Positions 12,228 to 24,095 of a DNA stretch of 64,000 nucleotides are shown here, one piece after another. The translations under genes and the position numbers were made by a program. The stretch spans positions 2,895,160 to 2,959,159 of the forward strand of contig NC_057720.1 of NCBI RefSeq assembly GCF_004010195.1, written 5' to 3'. Source of the DNA: Chiloscyllium plagiosum. Taxonomy: Eukaryota. A model generated the notes under the pieces. That model was not told where the DNA came from. It did not search any database and worked only from the letters and a program-made list of their open reading frames with translations. Position 1 is the stretch's first letter, and each line of letters starts with the position of its first letter.

Positions 12228-13235
12228 AAAGAACAAAGAACAAAGAAAATTTGCAGGCCAAGACCAGGCCCTTCGGCCCTCCAAGCCTGAGCCAATCCAA
12301 ATCTACTGTCTAAACCTGTCAGTCAATTCCAAAGTATCTGTATCCCTCTGCTCCCCACCTACTCATGCATCTGCCCAGATGAATCTTAAATGAATCTACC
12401 GTGCCTGCCTCTACCACCTCTGCTGGCAACGCGTTCCAGACGCCCACCACCCTCCGTGTGAAGTACTTGCTGCGTGTATCCCCCTTAAACTTTCCACCTG
12501 TCACCTTGAAAGCATGACCTCTCGTTATGGAATCCCTGACCCTGGGAAAAAGCTTGTCTCTATCCACCCTGTCTATACCCTTCATGATTTTGTAAACCTC
12601 AATCAGGTCCCCCCTCAATCTCTTTTTTTCCAGTGAAAATAAACTTAACCTACTCAACCTCTCTTCATAGCTAGCACCTTCCATACCAGGCAACATCCTC
12701 GTAAACCTTCTCTGCACCCTCTCCAAAGCGTCCACATCCTTTTGGTAATGTGGCGACCAGAACTGTACACAGTATTCTAAATGCGGCCGAACCAATGTGT
12801 TGTACAATTTTAACATGACTTGCCAGCTCTTATACTCAATACCCCGTCCAATGAAGGCAAGCATACTATATGCCTTCTTGACCACTCTATCCACCTGTGC
12901 ACCAACTTCAGGGTACAATGGACCTGCACTCCCAGATCTCTCTGCTCATCAACTTTTCCCAAGGCTCTTCCATTCATTGTATAATTCACTCTGGAATTAG
13001 ACTTGCCTAAATGCATCACCTCACATTTGTCTGGATCGAAAGCCATTTGCCACCTTTCCGCCCAACTCTCCAGTCTATCTATATCCTCCTGTATTCTCTG
13101 ACAGTCCCTTATGCTTTCTGCTACTCCACCAATCTTCGTGTCATGTGCAAACTTGCTGATCATACTAACAGTGCCCTCTTCCAGATCATTGATGTATATT
13201 ACAAACAACAGTGGCCCCAGCACTGATCCCTGTGA
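12228..13235 (-). mobile_element. CR1 LINE, 5' truncated
   Basis: ORFs 12319..12918 and 12810..13346 ([23 protein letters not shown]); tail (aaagaac)n on + strand. Confidence 0.9.
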
Positions 13236-13465
13236 CATTCCCGCTGCCAGGAAAGATCCAATCAGGATCAGGAATCCGATTGCTAGCCTGGTGAGGTGGG
13301 CAGGAAAAGTACGCTCATAAATGCCCCAGTCGGGAGTGATTTGCACCTCAGAGGTACCTTGTTGCTAGAGGAACATCCTGGTGAAGGAATCTCCAGTGCA
13401 ATCCCATCCTTCCTATGGTGTGGGGACCAGAGGTGCACACAGTACTCCAGCTGTGGCCTCACTAA

Positions 13466-13822
13466 AGTCATAGAGTCATAGAGATGTACAGCATGGGAAC
13501 AGACCCTGCGGTCCCCCAACCCAATCTAGTCCCATCTGCCAGCACCCGGCCCATATCCCTCCAAACCCTTCCTATTCATATACCCATCCAAATGCCTCTT
13601 AAATGTTGCAATTGTACCAGCCTCCACCACATCCTCTGGCAGCTCATTCCATACACGCACCACCCTCTGCGTGAAAAAGTTGCCCCTTAGGTCTCTTTTA
13701 TACCTTTCCCCTCTCACCCTAAACCTATGCCCTCTAGTTCTAGACTCCCCAACCACAGGGAAAAGACTTTGCCTATTTATCCTATCCATGCCCCTCATAA
13801 TTTTGTCAACCTCTATAAGGTC
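13466..13822 (-). mobile_element. CR1 LINE 3' end, nested in an older CR1 fragment
   Basis: ORF 13526..13840; tail (catagagt)n. Confidence 0.85.
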
Positions 13823-14271
13823 CCTGTACAAGTTGACCACAACCTCCCTGCTCTTATCATCTATGCCATAAAGGCAAGTGTACCATATGCCTTCTTAACC
13901 ATCTCATTAACCTGTCCTTCCAGCTTCAGGGATCTGTGAACAAGCTCCCCAAGATCCCTCTGTCCCTCAGAGCTTCCGAGTGTCTTGCCATCCATTGAGT
14001 AGTCCTTATCTTGCTCCTTCTTCCAAAGTACACCCCCTCACATTTATCTGGGTTAAACTCCACCTGCCACTGATCTGCCCACCTTACCAACCCATCCATA
14101 TCTTCCTGTACCCAACACCTTCCTCCTCACTGTCAAACACCCGGCCAGTCTCCATACCATTGCAAACCAACTTATCATCCCTCACCGATTTCCTTGTTTA
14201 TTGTCTATGTCTATCATGAATATAAAGTGATTGGAAAACTAAGAATACATCATTCTGCACTTGTTTTCAAG

Positions 14272-14379
14272 GGGGAGAAGGGACACCGGGCACCTCCTGG
14301 GGAACAGGGAGATCGAGGTGAACAAGGACCACGAGGAGAGGCAGGACCCAAAGGAGTGAGGGGCTCCCGAGGATCAATG
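14272..14379 (+). CDS. COL24A1: Collagen exon C (108 nt): GEKGHRAPPGEQGDRGEQGPRGEAGPKGVRGSRGSM
   Basis: ttgttttcaag|GGG...ATG|gtaatt; 12 triplets, third begins with Ala. Confidence 0.93.
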
Positions 14380-14395
14380 GTAATTTACAGCATGG

Positions 14396-14587
14396 TGTGG
14401 AGGGGCTGGTGTTGGACTGGGGTGGACAAGGTCGGAAGTCACACACCAGCTTATAGACCAACAGGTTTATTTGGAATCACAAGCTTTCAGAGCGCTGCCC
14501 CTTCATCAGTCATCAGCACTTTACCTGACGAAGGAGCAGAGCTCCGAAAGCTTGTGATTCCAAATAAACCTGTTGGACTTTAACCTG
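14396..14587. mobile_element. Fold-back Penelope-derived element (family B) with hammerhead motifs on both strands
   Basis: + strand TAC-CTGACGA-A-GGAGC aga GCTCC-GAAA-G-CTT-GTG at 14522-14556; inverted copy at about 14477-14510. Confidence 0.78.
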
Positions 14588-14785
14588 TAATCTGAATTTT
14601 CAAGCTGTTTATAGAGTGGCTCTGACAACATTAGGATGTCCCAAAACACACTGTACTCCACAAGGTGCTATGGAAATAGAGTCACTGCTCCATGGTAGTA
14701 ACTCAACACTCAATGGGCAACTCAGCAAGATTCCACAGAAAACTTTCATGTGAAAGACCACATCTTAGCTGGCTTCAGTTGCTGA

Positions 14786-15490
14786 GGGGTCAGTGTTAGC
14801 CAGAGCACAGGGGAGGTCCTGTGGGGGTCAGTGTTGTACAGGGCACAGGGGAGACCCTGTGGGGTCAGTGTTGTACAGGGCCCAGGGGAGATCCTGTGGG
14901 GTCAGTGTTGTATAGGGCCCAGGGGAGGTCCTATGGGGTCAGTGTTGTATAGGGCACAGGGGAGATCCTGTGGGGTCAGTGTTGTACAGGGCCCAGGGGA
15001 GGTCCTGTGGGGTCAGTGTTGTACAGGGCACAGGGGAGATCCTATGGGGTCAGTGTTGTACAGGGCACAGGGGAGATCCTGTGGGGTCAGTGTTGTACAG
15101 GGCCCAGGGGAGGTCCTGTGGGGTCAGTGTTGTACAGGGCCCAGGGGAGGTCCTGTGGGGTCAGTGTTGTACAGGGCCCAGGGGAGGTCCTGTGGGGTCA
15201 GTGTTGTACAGGGCCCAGGGGAGGTCCTGTGGGGTCAGTGTTGTACAGGGCCCAGGGGAGATCCTATGGGGTCAGTGTTGTACAGGGCCCAGGGGAGGTC
15301 CTGTGGGGTCAGTGTTGTACAGGGCCCAGGGGAGATCCTACGGGGTCAGTGTTGTATAGGGCCCAGGGGAGATCCTATGGGGTCAGTGTTGTACAGGGCA
15401 CAGGGGAGATCCTGTGGGGTCAGTGTTGTACAGGGCCCAGGGGAGATCCTATGGGGTCAGTGTTGTATAGGGCACAGGGGAGATCCTATG
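14786..15490. repeat. 37-bp minisatellite, about 19 copies
   Basis: Unit ggggtcagtgttgtacagggcccaggggaggtcctgt with few variant positions. Confidence 0.95.
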
Positions 15491-16477
15491 TTGCTTGTTA
15501 CATCTAATTGCGAGGGCAGACGGGGGTTGGTTTTAATTTCTCACCAAGCTATAACACCGCCAAAAGCACGGCCCTGCCTCCTGCTCCAGTATCAGCCTGA
15601 TGAGCGCAGCTACAGTTTCAGTGGGAGGTCACAGAGGGGCTGGGGGATCAGGGTAAGGAGTTGTCTGTAATAAGTCAACATGTGAATACAGCATTTCATC
15701 CTCCAAATACTCCCTTGGAGCTCTGAGACCAACCTGACTTGGAAATATATCGCTGTTCCTTCAATGTCGCTGGGTCAAAATCCTGGAATTCCCTTCCTAA
15801 GGGCATTGTGGGTCTACCCACAGCAGGTGGACTGCAGTGGTTCAAGAAGGCAGCTCACCCCCACCTTCTCAAGGGGGAAATAGGGATGGGCAATAAATGC
15901 TGGGCTCAGCCAGTGACACCCACATTGTATGCATCAATTATTGCTTTAATGTCTCTCAAAGTCTATGTGATATTTCATCCTTTATGATATTTCATCATTG
16001 ATATTGGCTGTACCCAACATCTTTTGAAGAATTTGATTGGAACAACTTAAGTTTATGCTTTTAACCATTCAGTCAAGACATTCCAGATTATAAAGATGGT
16101 GTGAATACCTTTTTCATGTAATTAGCCTGGCTTTGGATACAGAATTGGGAAAGCCTCATAAACTAAGATTTTACTAAACTGTCAGACTGCATTGACGTAT
16201 CGTCGAGCTATTTTCCCCCACTGGGAGCTCAATAAAGTATAACATTTAATTCTTGATGTTTTCACATTAGTTCTAAACCTGAACTGTTTCCTCTCGATTT
16301 TCATTATGGAGTGAAGTTCTGGTGATTATGCGCGTGGTGGTGGGAATGATTAGAATTGATGTTTGAGCACTGTTACACTGAATGCCATCAAATTGCACTG
16401 GCTTGGAAGTAATGATTTCTATTGCGCATTGATCCAAAGTCTTTATTCCTGCAGAGTAATTATTTCTATCTATACAG

Positions 16478-16531
16478 GGGCCTCCTGGTTTAATGGGACC
16501 AATAGGGGAGCCAGGTCTTGTTGGATATCCG
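16478..16531 (+). CDS. COL24A1: Collagen exon D (54 nt): GPPGLMGPIGEPGLVGYP
   Basis: tctatacag|GGG...CCG|gtacgt. Confidence 0.94.
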
Positions 16532-18913
16532 GTACGTGAGTAATGACCCGAGCTAAAAACATCCTTCATTGATCTTGACCAAACCCCATTTGGAAAGTTC
16601 ACCCTTGCAGAGAGTGCAGTGCCAACACTCCAGATATCATTGGGACACTAGGAGTTAGCTTCTCAATGGAGAACTACATTAAGTAGGCCTGGATTTCTTT
16701 GGAATTTGGGAGGGCAAAAGATGATTAGAGCAAGGTTTGTAGGACCTTGAGGAGAAAAAGGCGGATGGAGAGAATGTTTCTTGCTGGTGGATGAGGGTGA
16801 AGGGCTCTCAGGGACTTGGGTTAAAATCAAACCAGGCCATTCAGAACAGAAATTGGAAGCACACCCCCCCCCCCCCCAAGCTCTCCCCCCCCCAAAAGCC
16901 ACTCCCCATCCTGACTGCCGCTGAGTCAAAATCCTGAAATTCCCTCCCTAAGTGCATTGTGGGTCTACTTCCTGTACATGGACTGCAGTGGTTCAAGAGG
17001 GCAGCTCACCCCCACCTTCTCAAGGGGCAACTAGGGACAGGTAATAAATGCCATTGACACCCACCTCCCAGAAATGAGTACAAAAACATTTTGTCCCAAA
17101 GGGTGGAAGAAATTTTCTTCTGCTGTTGGGACCAAGGCTTAATACAACTCAGAGCCAAAAGGATGGGGCGTGAGAAAAAGATCATCCATCATCTCATTGA
17201 ATGGTGGGATAGACTAGAGGGGCAGAATGGCCTTGTTCTGCATCATTTGGTTGTTTGGAGTGGTCCTTTATTTGCATTATAGATCCCCAGGCTTTTATTC
17301 TGTTTTATCAAGATCCATTGCAAGTCTATGGAACACAGGAGTTTATAATATAAACTGTGGGAATGAGATAATCAGTGTCTGACTCCTGCAATTTGAACTA
17401 AAAATCCAAATTCACAATTCCAGAAATGTCCCCATGCATTTTAGAGATTTTGCATCCATGAATTTAAACAAATAATGTATTTAACTCAGTAAAATTTGAT
17501 ATGATCAGTGAAGATTAACATGGTGCATTCCACATTCGATAACCAGCTGTAACCAGGAATTTGCTGTTTGTTCCAATTCAAGTTTGATTAATTTCTCATT
17601 CCACTCCTTAGATTTACATATCCCTACTGTTGGTTTTGACAGTGAAGGTGGGAGGATTGGTGTGATGTGGGACAGAAATGCACTTTTTTGACACACCTGG
17701 CTTTAATACTTGGTCTTTTAAATCAAAAAGGAGAGAAACATAGGAAAGAAAACCAGGAGTAGGCCATTCGGCCCTTCAAGACTGTTCCACCATTCAATAG
17801 GATTGTGGCTGATCATCCAACTCAGTCCCCTGGTCCTGCCTTCTCCCCAATACCCTTTGCCCTAACAATTATATCTAACTTTTACTTGAAAATATCCAAC
17901 ATTTTGGACTTGACCACTTCCTGTTTGGAGGCTTTATTCAGAGTTTGGACATCAGGACAGTGAAGGCTGAGAGGAGACTTGGTAGAATTGTTCTGAAGCA
18001 TGAAGTCACATTTAAGACAATCAACTAAAGTAACAGAGGTCACACGTGGAAAGCGATTGTACAGTGAACAGTTAGCATTTGGATATTTGGTGAGTATTCA
18101 ATCAGTGATTGGTCCCTCTCTAAGGGACTGATAGACACAGGTTCAGGGATCTACTTCACAAGGGGATTGGACAGGCACCCAAAGGTAAATGTGGAGGGAG
18201 ATGAGGGAAGGTGGATGGGCGAATGGGACCAGCTAGTTGTCTGTTCAAACAAGACAGCACAGCCTAATGGGCCACATGGCCATCTCACATGTGATAAGAT
18301 TCTCTGATTTGATGGTCCATAAACAGCAGAAACATAAGAATGTGCCTGAGGGATCTGGGTGTTTGGGTGCACTGGTCACAAATTGATAGTATGTGGAAAC
18401 AGCATGCGATCAGGAGGCTGAAGGATTGTTATCCTTTGTTATGAGAGGAATTGAACATACAAGTGAGGATGTTAATCTTCAATGAGACAGGGCATTAGTG
18501 AGACCATGACTCAATTACTGTGCAGTTTTGGTCTCCTCATTTGTGGAAGGATTTATAGAATAGACAGACCCACAGCAATGTTGTTGACTCTTAACTGCCC
18601 TCTGGGCAATTAGGGATGGGTAATAAATGCTGGCCTAGCCAGAGACACCACATCCTGTGAATGAATTTTCAAAACCCAACACTTTGGCGATTGTATAAAA
18701 CTTAATCCCTGGCAACGTCCTGATAATTAACACCACATGGATAGTATAGTTATGGTCAAGGATAAAAATTGATTGGTCTTTAAATATTTATAAAAAGTAT
18801 TGTCCCTTGACCATTGGGGATTCATGAGCCATGAGTCATAGTGGACACTCAGTTAGTTTTCATTTCGCCTGGTCATGAGAATCCTCGAAATGGACAATGT
18901 GTTTTTCTTCCAG

Positions 18914-18967
18914 GGTCATCAAGGGCCATCGGGACCTCAAGGACCCCCAGGACCAAAGGGAGAGAAG
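18914..18967 (+). CDS. COL24A1: Collagen exon E (54 nt): GHQGPSGPQGPPGPKGEK
   Basis: tttttcttccag|GGT...AAG|gtaact. Confidence 0.95.
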
Positions 18968-21103
18968 GTAACTCTTGCATTGTGTTAGCAGTCAGCATTG
19001 TCAAGACTGTGTCCCACCTGCTGGACATTTGTACTCTGAAAGGATTTCCGGGGAAAAAATAATGAAAATTAGGAAGTTAACCTCAAAAATTCAATAGCTG
19101 ACCAAAATATTTAATCTCCAACAACAAATATGTTAAAGGATTGTAATATTTTGTTAGCTGGAAACAAGTTGTAACATGGAGGAAAAAATGAAATTTCATT
19201 TTTGGTTATATTTAAGTTTGGCTTGTTCTTTTAATTTAACCAAGGTCAGAAAATAATTTGGAACAGTGAGTTTAAAAAAACATTTTCAAGAAATCCTATG
19301 ACTATCAATAAATGAAAACAAGGCACCTGGGGAAGCTGTGTTTGCTAACTTGAATTTTAAAAATCAGACGGAAAGGGACAGGGGCTCATTCACAAGTTTG
19401 TTCAGAGTGAAAAGGTTTCGAACAGCAGAGGGGCTGTTAGTTCAGCAGTCAGGGCAGAAAGGGAGAAGTCCTAACTTTCTTAGAAGACGACTTCAAAAGC
19501 AGAATGCTGTTGAGGTGTCAGGAGGGAAGAATGTCCTACAATGTTGTTGAGGATGTGAGTTTAAGAAACCCCTGCTTGACAGTAATAATAGGCTGAGATA
19601 ACAGCTTGGCTAAAAGTCTCAGGGAGAGGCATTGATTAAAGAAAATAGCATCAAGCAAATACTGAAAATTTGCAGAAACCAGCTGGAACAGGAAGTGTGG
19701 AGAGAGTGTGACCCTTCCCTATGGCAACTGAAATCATTTTGGGGTTAAAACAGTTGACTCTTTCTTTCTGATACTTGGCATGAGTTCATTCCAATAGCTG
19801 TTGTGTTGTCTGATGTAATACAGTTCGTATATTTTTATTTTAAAAAGGCATTGTTATCCTTTTGTTGAAAGTACATTGGCAGCCTCTTGTGAATTTGATG
19901 AGTGCCTGACCCTCCCTCCCCGATGGTAAACATGAGAGAAGGTTAAGCATCTGTTCTATCGAGCCCAGGTTTCATTCTGGAACAGCTGGGATCATGACAC
20001 AACTCTCCTTTATAGATGGCTGTTAATGTAGAGGGACATCATAAATCCCTACTCAGGAGTGGAAATGAAATGGACTTTAACACTGGATCATGTCAGGAGA
20101 GATAACAGTGATGAGCCAAAACAAGGTCAAATAGATTGGCTTCATGAAGGATCGTAAAGGATGAATGAGAGGTTTCAAGAGCTTGGAGAACCATAAGGCC
20201 ATAAGACACAGAAGCAGGAGTAGGCCATTCAGCCCCTTAGAGTCTGCTCTGCCATTCAATGGGATCATGGCTGCTTAGATACTCTGCAGGTCCACTTTCC
20301 TGCCCTTTCCCTATAACCCTTGATTCCCTGACTGATCAGGAATCTCTCCTTCAGCCTTAAGTATACATGAATACTCTATCTCTCAGGTCTCTGTGCCAAA
20401 GAATTCCACAGACACTCCACCCTCAGAGAGGAAGGAGCTTTTGAAATTCATGGCACGGCTGCCATGGGATTGTCCAATTGCAAGAACCCAGAGATGTTGC
20501 CAAGCTCATACCCTGAGCTGGCTGATGCTCTGATGTTAGCTGCCAGCCTGCTGTATTAGCATGGCAGAGAAACCTTGGTGAGATTTCCTGGCAGCAGTCT
20601 TTCATCTTGCTATTGGTCTCAGTGACTGTGGTGACAGATCCCACAAAAAGCCTCTGGCCGAAGACAGGCTTAATCTTGATAAACAGTAAATGCTTAATAC
20701 GTTTGGAATTGAGGGCTAGTTACATTATGTTGCAATAGATACATGATGGTCTTCATCAGATTTCACTTAAGAACACCACCCCCTGCATGTTCCCCTTCAA
20801 GCCACTCACCATCCTGACTTAGAAATATATCACCGTTCCCTCACTGTCACTGGGACAACATCCTGGAATTCCCTCCCTAAGGGCAACCCACAGCACATGG
20901 GCTGCAGCGGTTCAAGAAGGCAGCTCACCCCCACCTTCTCAAGGGGTAGCTAGGGGCAGGTAATAAATGTTGGGCCCAGCCAGTGATGCCCACATCCCAC
21001 AAGTGAATTGAAGAAAGTACACATTACTACAGGAACAGCACATGAGAACTGATAAGCCCTTCCCAAGAACAGTCCTTTCTCATCCTGAAGGGACTGAGCC
21101 TAT

Positions 21104-21452
21104 TCAAAGTTTGTGAGAAGATTTGTAGCTCGGGTGCTCGTTGCTGTGGTTCTGTTCGCTGAGCTAGAAGTTTTTGTTGCAAACGTTTCGTCCCCTGTCT
21201 AGGTGACATCCTCAGTGCTTGGGAGCCTCCTGTGAAGCGCTTCTGTGGTGTTTCCTCCGGCATTTATAGTGGCCTGTCCCTGCCGCTTCCGGTTGTCAGT
21301 TTCAGCTGTCCGCTGTAGTGGCCGGTATATTGGGTCCAGGTCTTTGTTTCGCTTGCCCTATAATGGTAGTGTTGTCCCAGTCAAATTCATGTTGCTTGTC
21401 GTCTGCGTGTGTGGCTACTAGGGATAGCTGGTCGTGTCGTTTCGTGGCTAGT
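21104..21452 (-). mobile_element. Penelope-like (Poseidon-type) element 3' fragment: GIY-YIG C-terminal remnant plus LTR with hammerhead (family C)
   Basis: Minus strand reads QLATKRHDQLSLVATHADDKQHEFDWDNTTIIGQAKQ and DLDPIYRPL; TSD tgagcctat 21095-21103/21453-21461; hammerhead motif 21179-21218. Confidence 0.78.
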
Positions 21453-21696
21453 TGAGCCTATCTCGTGTTGTTAATTAAATCTTTCAGGTACTAAGTGCCT
21501 TGTACTATTACCTACACTGCAGCTTTATGAACTGAATGGAGCTGTTCCTAACTTGGCCTGATATTCTCAGTCAATATCGGAGTAACATTTAACAGAACTG
21601 CAAAGGTGTTTTTTATCTATACAGCACAGAGCCTCCCTGTTTGCTTTGAGTTATCACTAACTTTGATCTGTGTCCCTTTTTCTCTCCCACTGCTAG

Positions 21697-21753
21697 GGTT
21701 ATCCAGGAGATGACAGTGCTGAGATCGGACTCCCTGGGCCTCTAGGTGAACCA
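21697..21753 (+). CDS. COL24A1: Collagen exon F (57 nt): GYPGDDSAEIGLPGPLGEP (helix imperfection)
   Basis: ctcccactgctag|GGT...CCA|gtaggt; 19 codons. Confidence 0.92.
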
Positions 21754-21885
21754 GTAGGTCATGCTTTTCATAGCAAATCACGTTAATTCTTTAAAACCTG
21801 GCCTCAGTGTTATCTTGCTGCCTGTTCCTTCTCTGTACCTGAGTTTCAGCGGAGGGATTTAACAGATTTGTCAATGTGGACACTT

Positions 21886-22010
21886 GGAGACAGTGAGGAC
21901 TGCAGATGCTGGAGAGTCAGATTCGATAAAGTGTGGCACTGGGCAAAGCACAGCAGGTCAGGCAGTGTCTGAGGAGCAGGAGAGTCAACGTTTCAGGCTT
22001 AACCCTTCAT
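21886..22010 (-). mobile_element. Penelope-derived family A fragment
   Basis: gtgaggactgcagatgctggag...gtcaacgtttcagg...cccttcatcgg. Confidence 0.72.
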
Positions 22011-22691
22011 CGGGCCTGCCTTGTCAGATTCTCGTCAGTAGTAAGGTACGGATTGTGACCCTGAGTACAGTGAGTTCTCGGCCAGTGGTGCTGCTTGGGA
22101 ATGAGAGATTTCCACAGAGCGGAGGGTGGTGGAGAGCAGAATTCAATCGAAGATGGACTCTCCCTATTGTTCACAGTAAAACCCCTGTACACTCATGGGC
22201 TAGGCAATGATTGGTGGTCTCGCACAGGGAAAGAGAGATATAATCAATGTTTATGGAATCACAGAACAATACAGCACAAAAGAGGCCATTCAGCCATCAT
22301 TCCTGTGTTAGCTGTTTGAAAGAGCTCTCCAATGAATCCCTCAGCCTTATAATTCCATCCCCTTCACACTTCTCTTCAGTTCTACTCTGAAAGTTATCAC
22401 TGAGTCTGTTTTTGCTGCTTCTTTAGGCAATGTTTTTCTGATCAAAATAACATTCCCTTCATCTTCCTGTTCACAACTCTGTGCATCACATTGACCTTGT
22501 ATTCCCTCTGTCTTCACTGGGATATGTTCAAACTGTTTATAATAATTGTTGTGGTATGAGTGAGCGAGCGAACGAATAAATGCAGGCCAAGGAGGAAAAA
22601 AGATAATTCACAAAAAAGAAACTTTCTGAATCAGTGTGCCCAGTCAGATCAGAAAGTGCTGGAAGTGCTCAGCAAGTCAGACAGTCTGCGT

Positions 22692-22908
22692 GGGCAAGGT
22701 CAGACTTCGCATGACACCAGGTTATAGTCCAACAGGTTTATTTGAAATCACAAGCTTTTGGAGCACTGCTCCTTCATCACCTCCTTCACCTGATGAAGGA
22801 GCAGTGCTCCAAAAGGTTATGATTACAAATAAACCTGTTGGACTATAACCTGGTGTCATGTGATTTCTGACCTTGTCCACCCCAGTCCAACACCGACTCC
22901 TCCATATC
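22692..22908. mobile_element. Fold-back Penelope-derived element (family B)
   Basis: Inverted arms atgacaccaggttatagtccaacaggtttattt / aaataaacctgttggactataacctggtgtcat around ctgatgaaggagcagtgctcc. Confidence 0.8.
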
Positions 22909-22923
22909 ACAGTGTCTGTAGAG

Positions 22924-24095
22924 AGTCATAGAGTCCTACAGCACGGAGACAAGCCCTTTGACCCAAACTGGTCCACGCCAAGCAAAATCCACTCTAACCC
23001 CTTTTCCCCACATTTGGCCCATGTTCTTCTAAACCTTTCTTGTCCATGTATTTGTCCAAATGCCTTACCCGCCTCAACCACTTCCACTGGCAGCTCACTC
23101 CATGTAAGCAGAAGTGGGTACTGCAGATGCTGGAAATCAGAGTGGTGCAGGAAAAGCACAGCAGGTCAGGCAGCATCCGAGGAGCAGGAAAATCGATGCT
23201 TCAGGCAAAAGCCCTTTGTCAGACATAGCCCTTCATCATTCCATATGCGTACCGCCCTCTGTAAAAAAGTTGCCCCTTAGGTTCCCTTTATTCTTTCCCC
23301 TCTAACCTTAAACTGATGCCCCTCTAGCCCTCGATTCCCCAACCCTGGGAAAAAGACGGAGTGCATCCACTCTATCCATGCCTCTCATGATCTTATACAC
23401 CTCTATAAGGATCCCCCCTCAGTCTCCTATGCTCTAAGGAAAAATGTCCATGCTTGTCCAAACTCTCCATGTAGCTCAGACCATTGAGTCCTGGCAACAT
23501 CCTTGTAAATTTCTTCTGCACTCTTTCCAGTTTAATAACATCCTTCCTGTAGCAAGGTGCACAAAACTGAACACAATGCTCCAAGTGTGGCCTCACCAAT
23601 GTCCTGTACAACTGCAACATAACTTCCCAACTTCTATACTCAGTGCTCTGACTGATGAAGGCCAGTGTGCCAAAAGCCTTCTTCACTGCCCTGTCTACCT
23701 CGGACTCCACTTTCAGAGAACTGTGCATCTGAACTCCAAGCTCTCTCTGTTGCACTACACTCCTTGAGGCCCTACCATTCATCGTGACACGTTTACCTTC
23801 ATTTGATTTTCCAAGGAGCAAGATCTCGCACTTATCTATATTAAACTCTATTTGCCATTTCTCGGCCCACTTCCCCAGCTGATCAAGGTCCTGCTGAAAT
23901 TTCTGATAACCTTCCTCACTGTCCACGAAACTGCTTATTTTAGTGTCATCTGTAAACTTACTAATCATACCTTGTACATTCTCATCCAAATCATTGGTAT
24001 AGATAACAAACAGTAATGAGCCCAGCCCCGACCCCGAGGCACTCCACTAGTCACAGGCCTCCAGTCCGACAAGCATCCTTCCACTATTACCCTTT
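22924..24095 (-). mobile_element. CR1 LINE, 5' truncated, with a family A Penelope fragment inserted at about 23105-23238
   Basis: ORF 23393..23989 RT C-terminus. Confidence 0.9.

Noticed and set aside
14831..15670. 279-aa ORF and overlapping ORFs
   Set aside because: Read-through of the 37-bp minisatellite; the same peptide cycles through all three frames.
19130..20000. Possible solo LTR ending gggatcatgaca
   Set aside because: No matching 5' terminus or TSD could be fixed.
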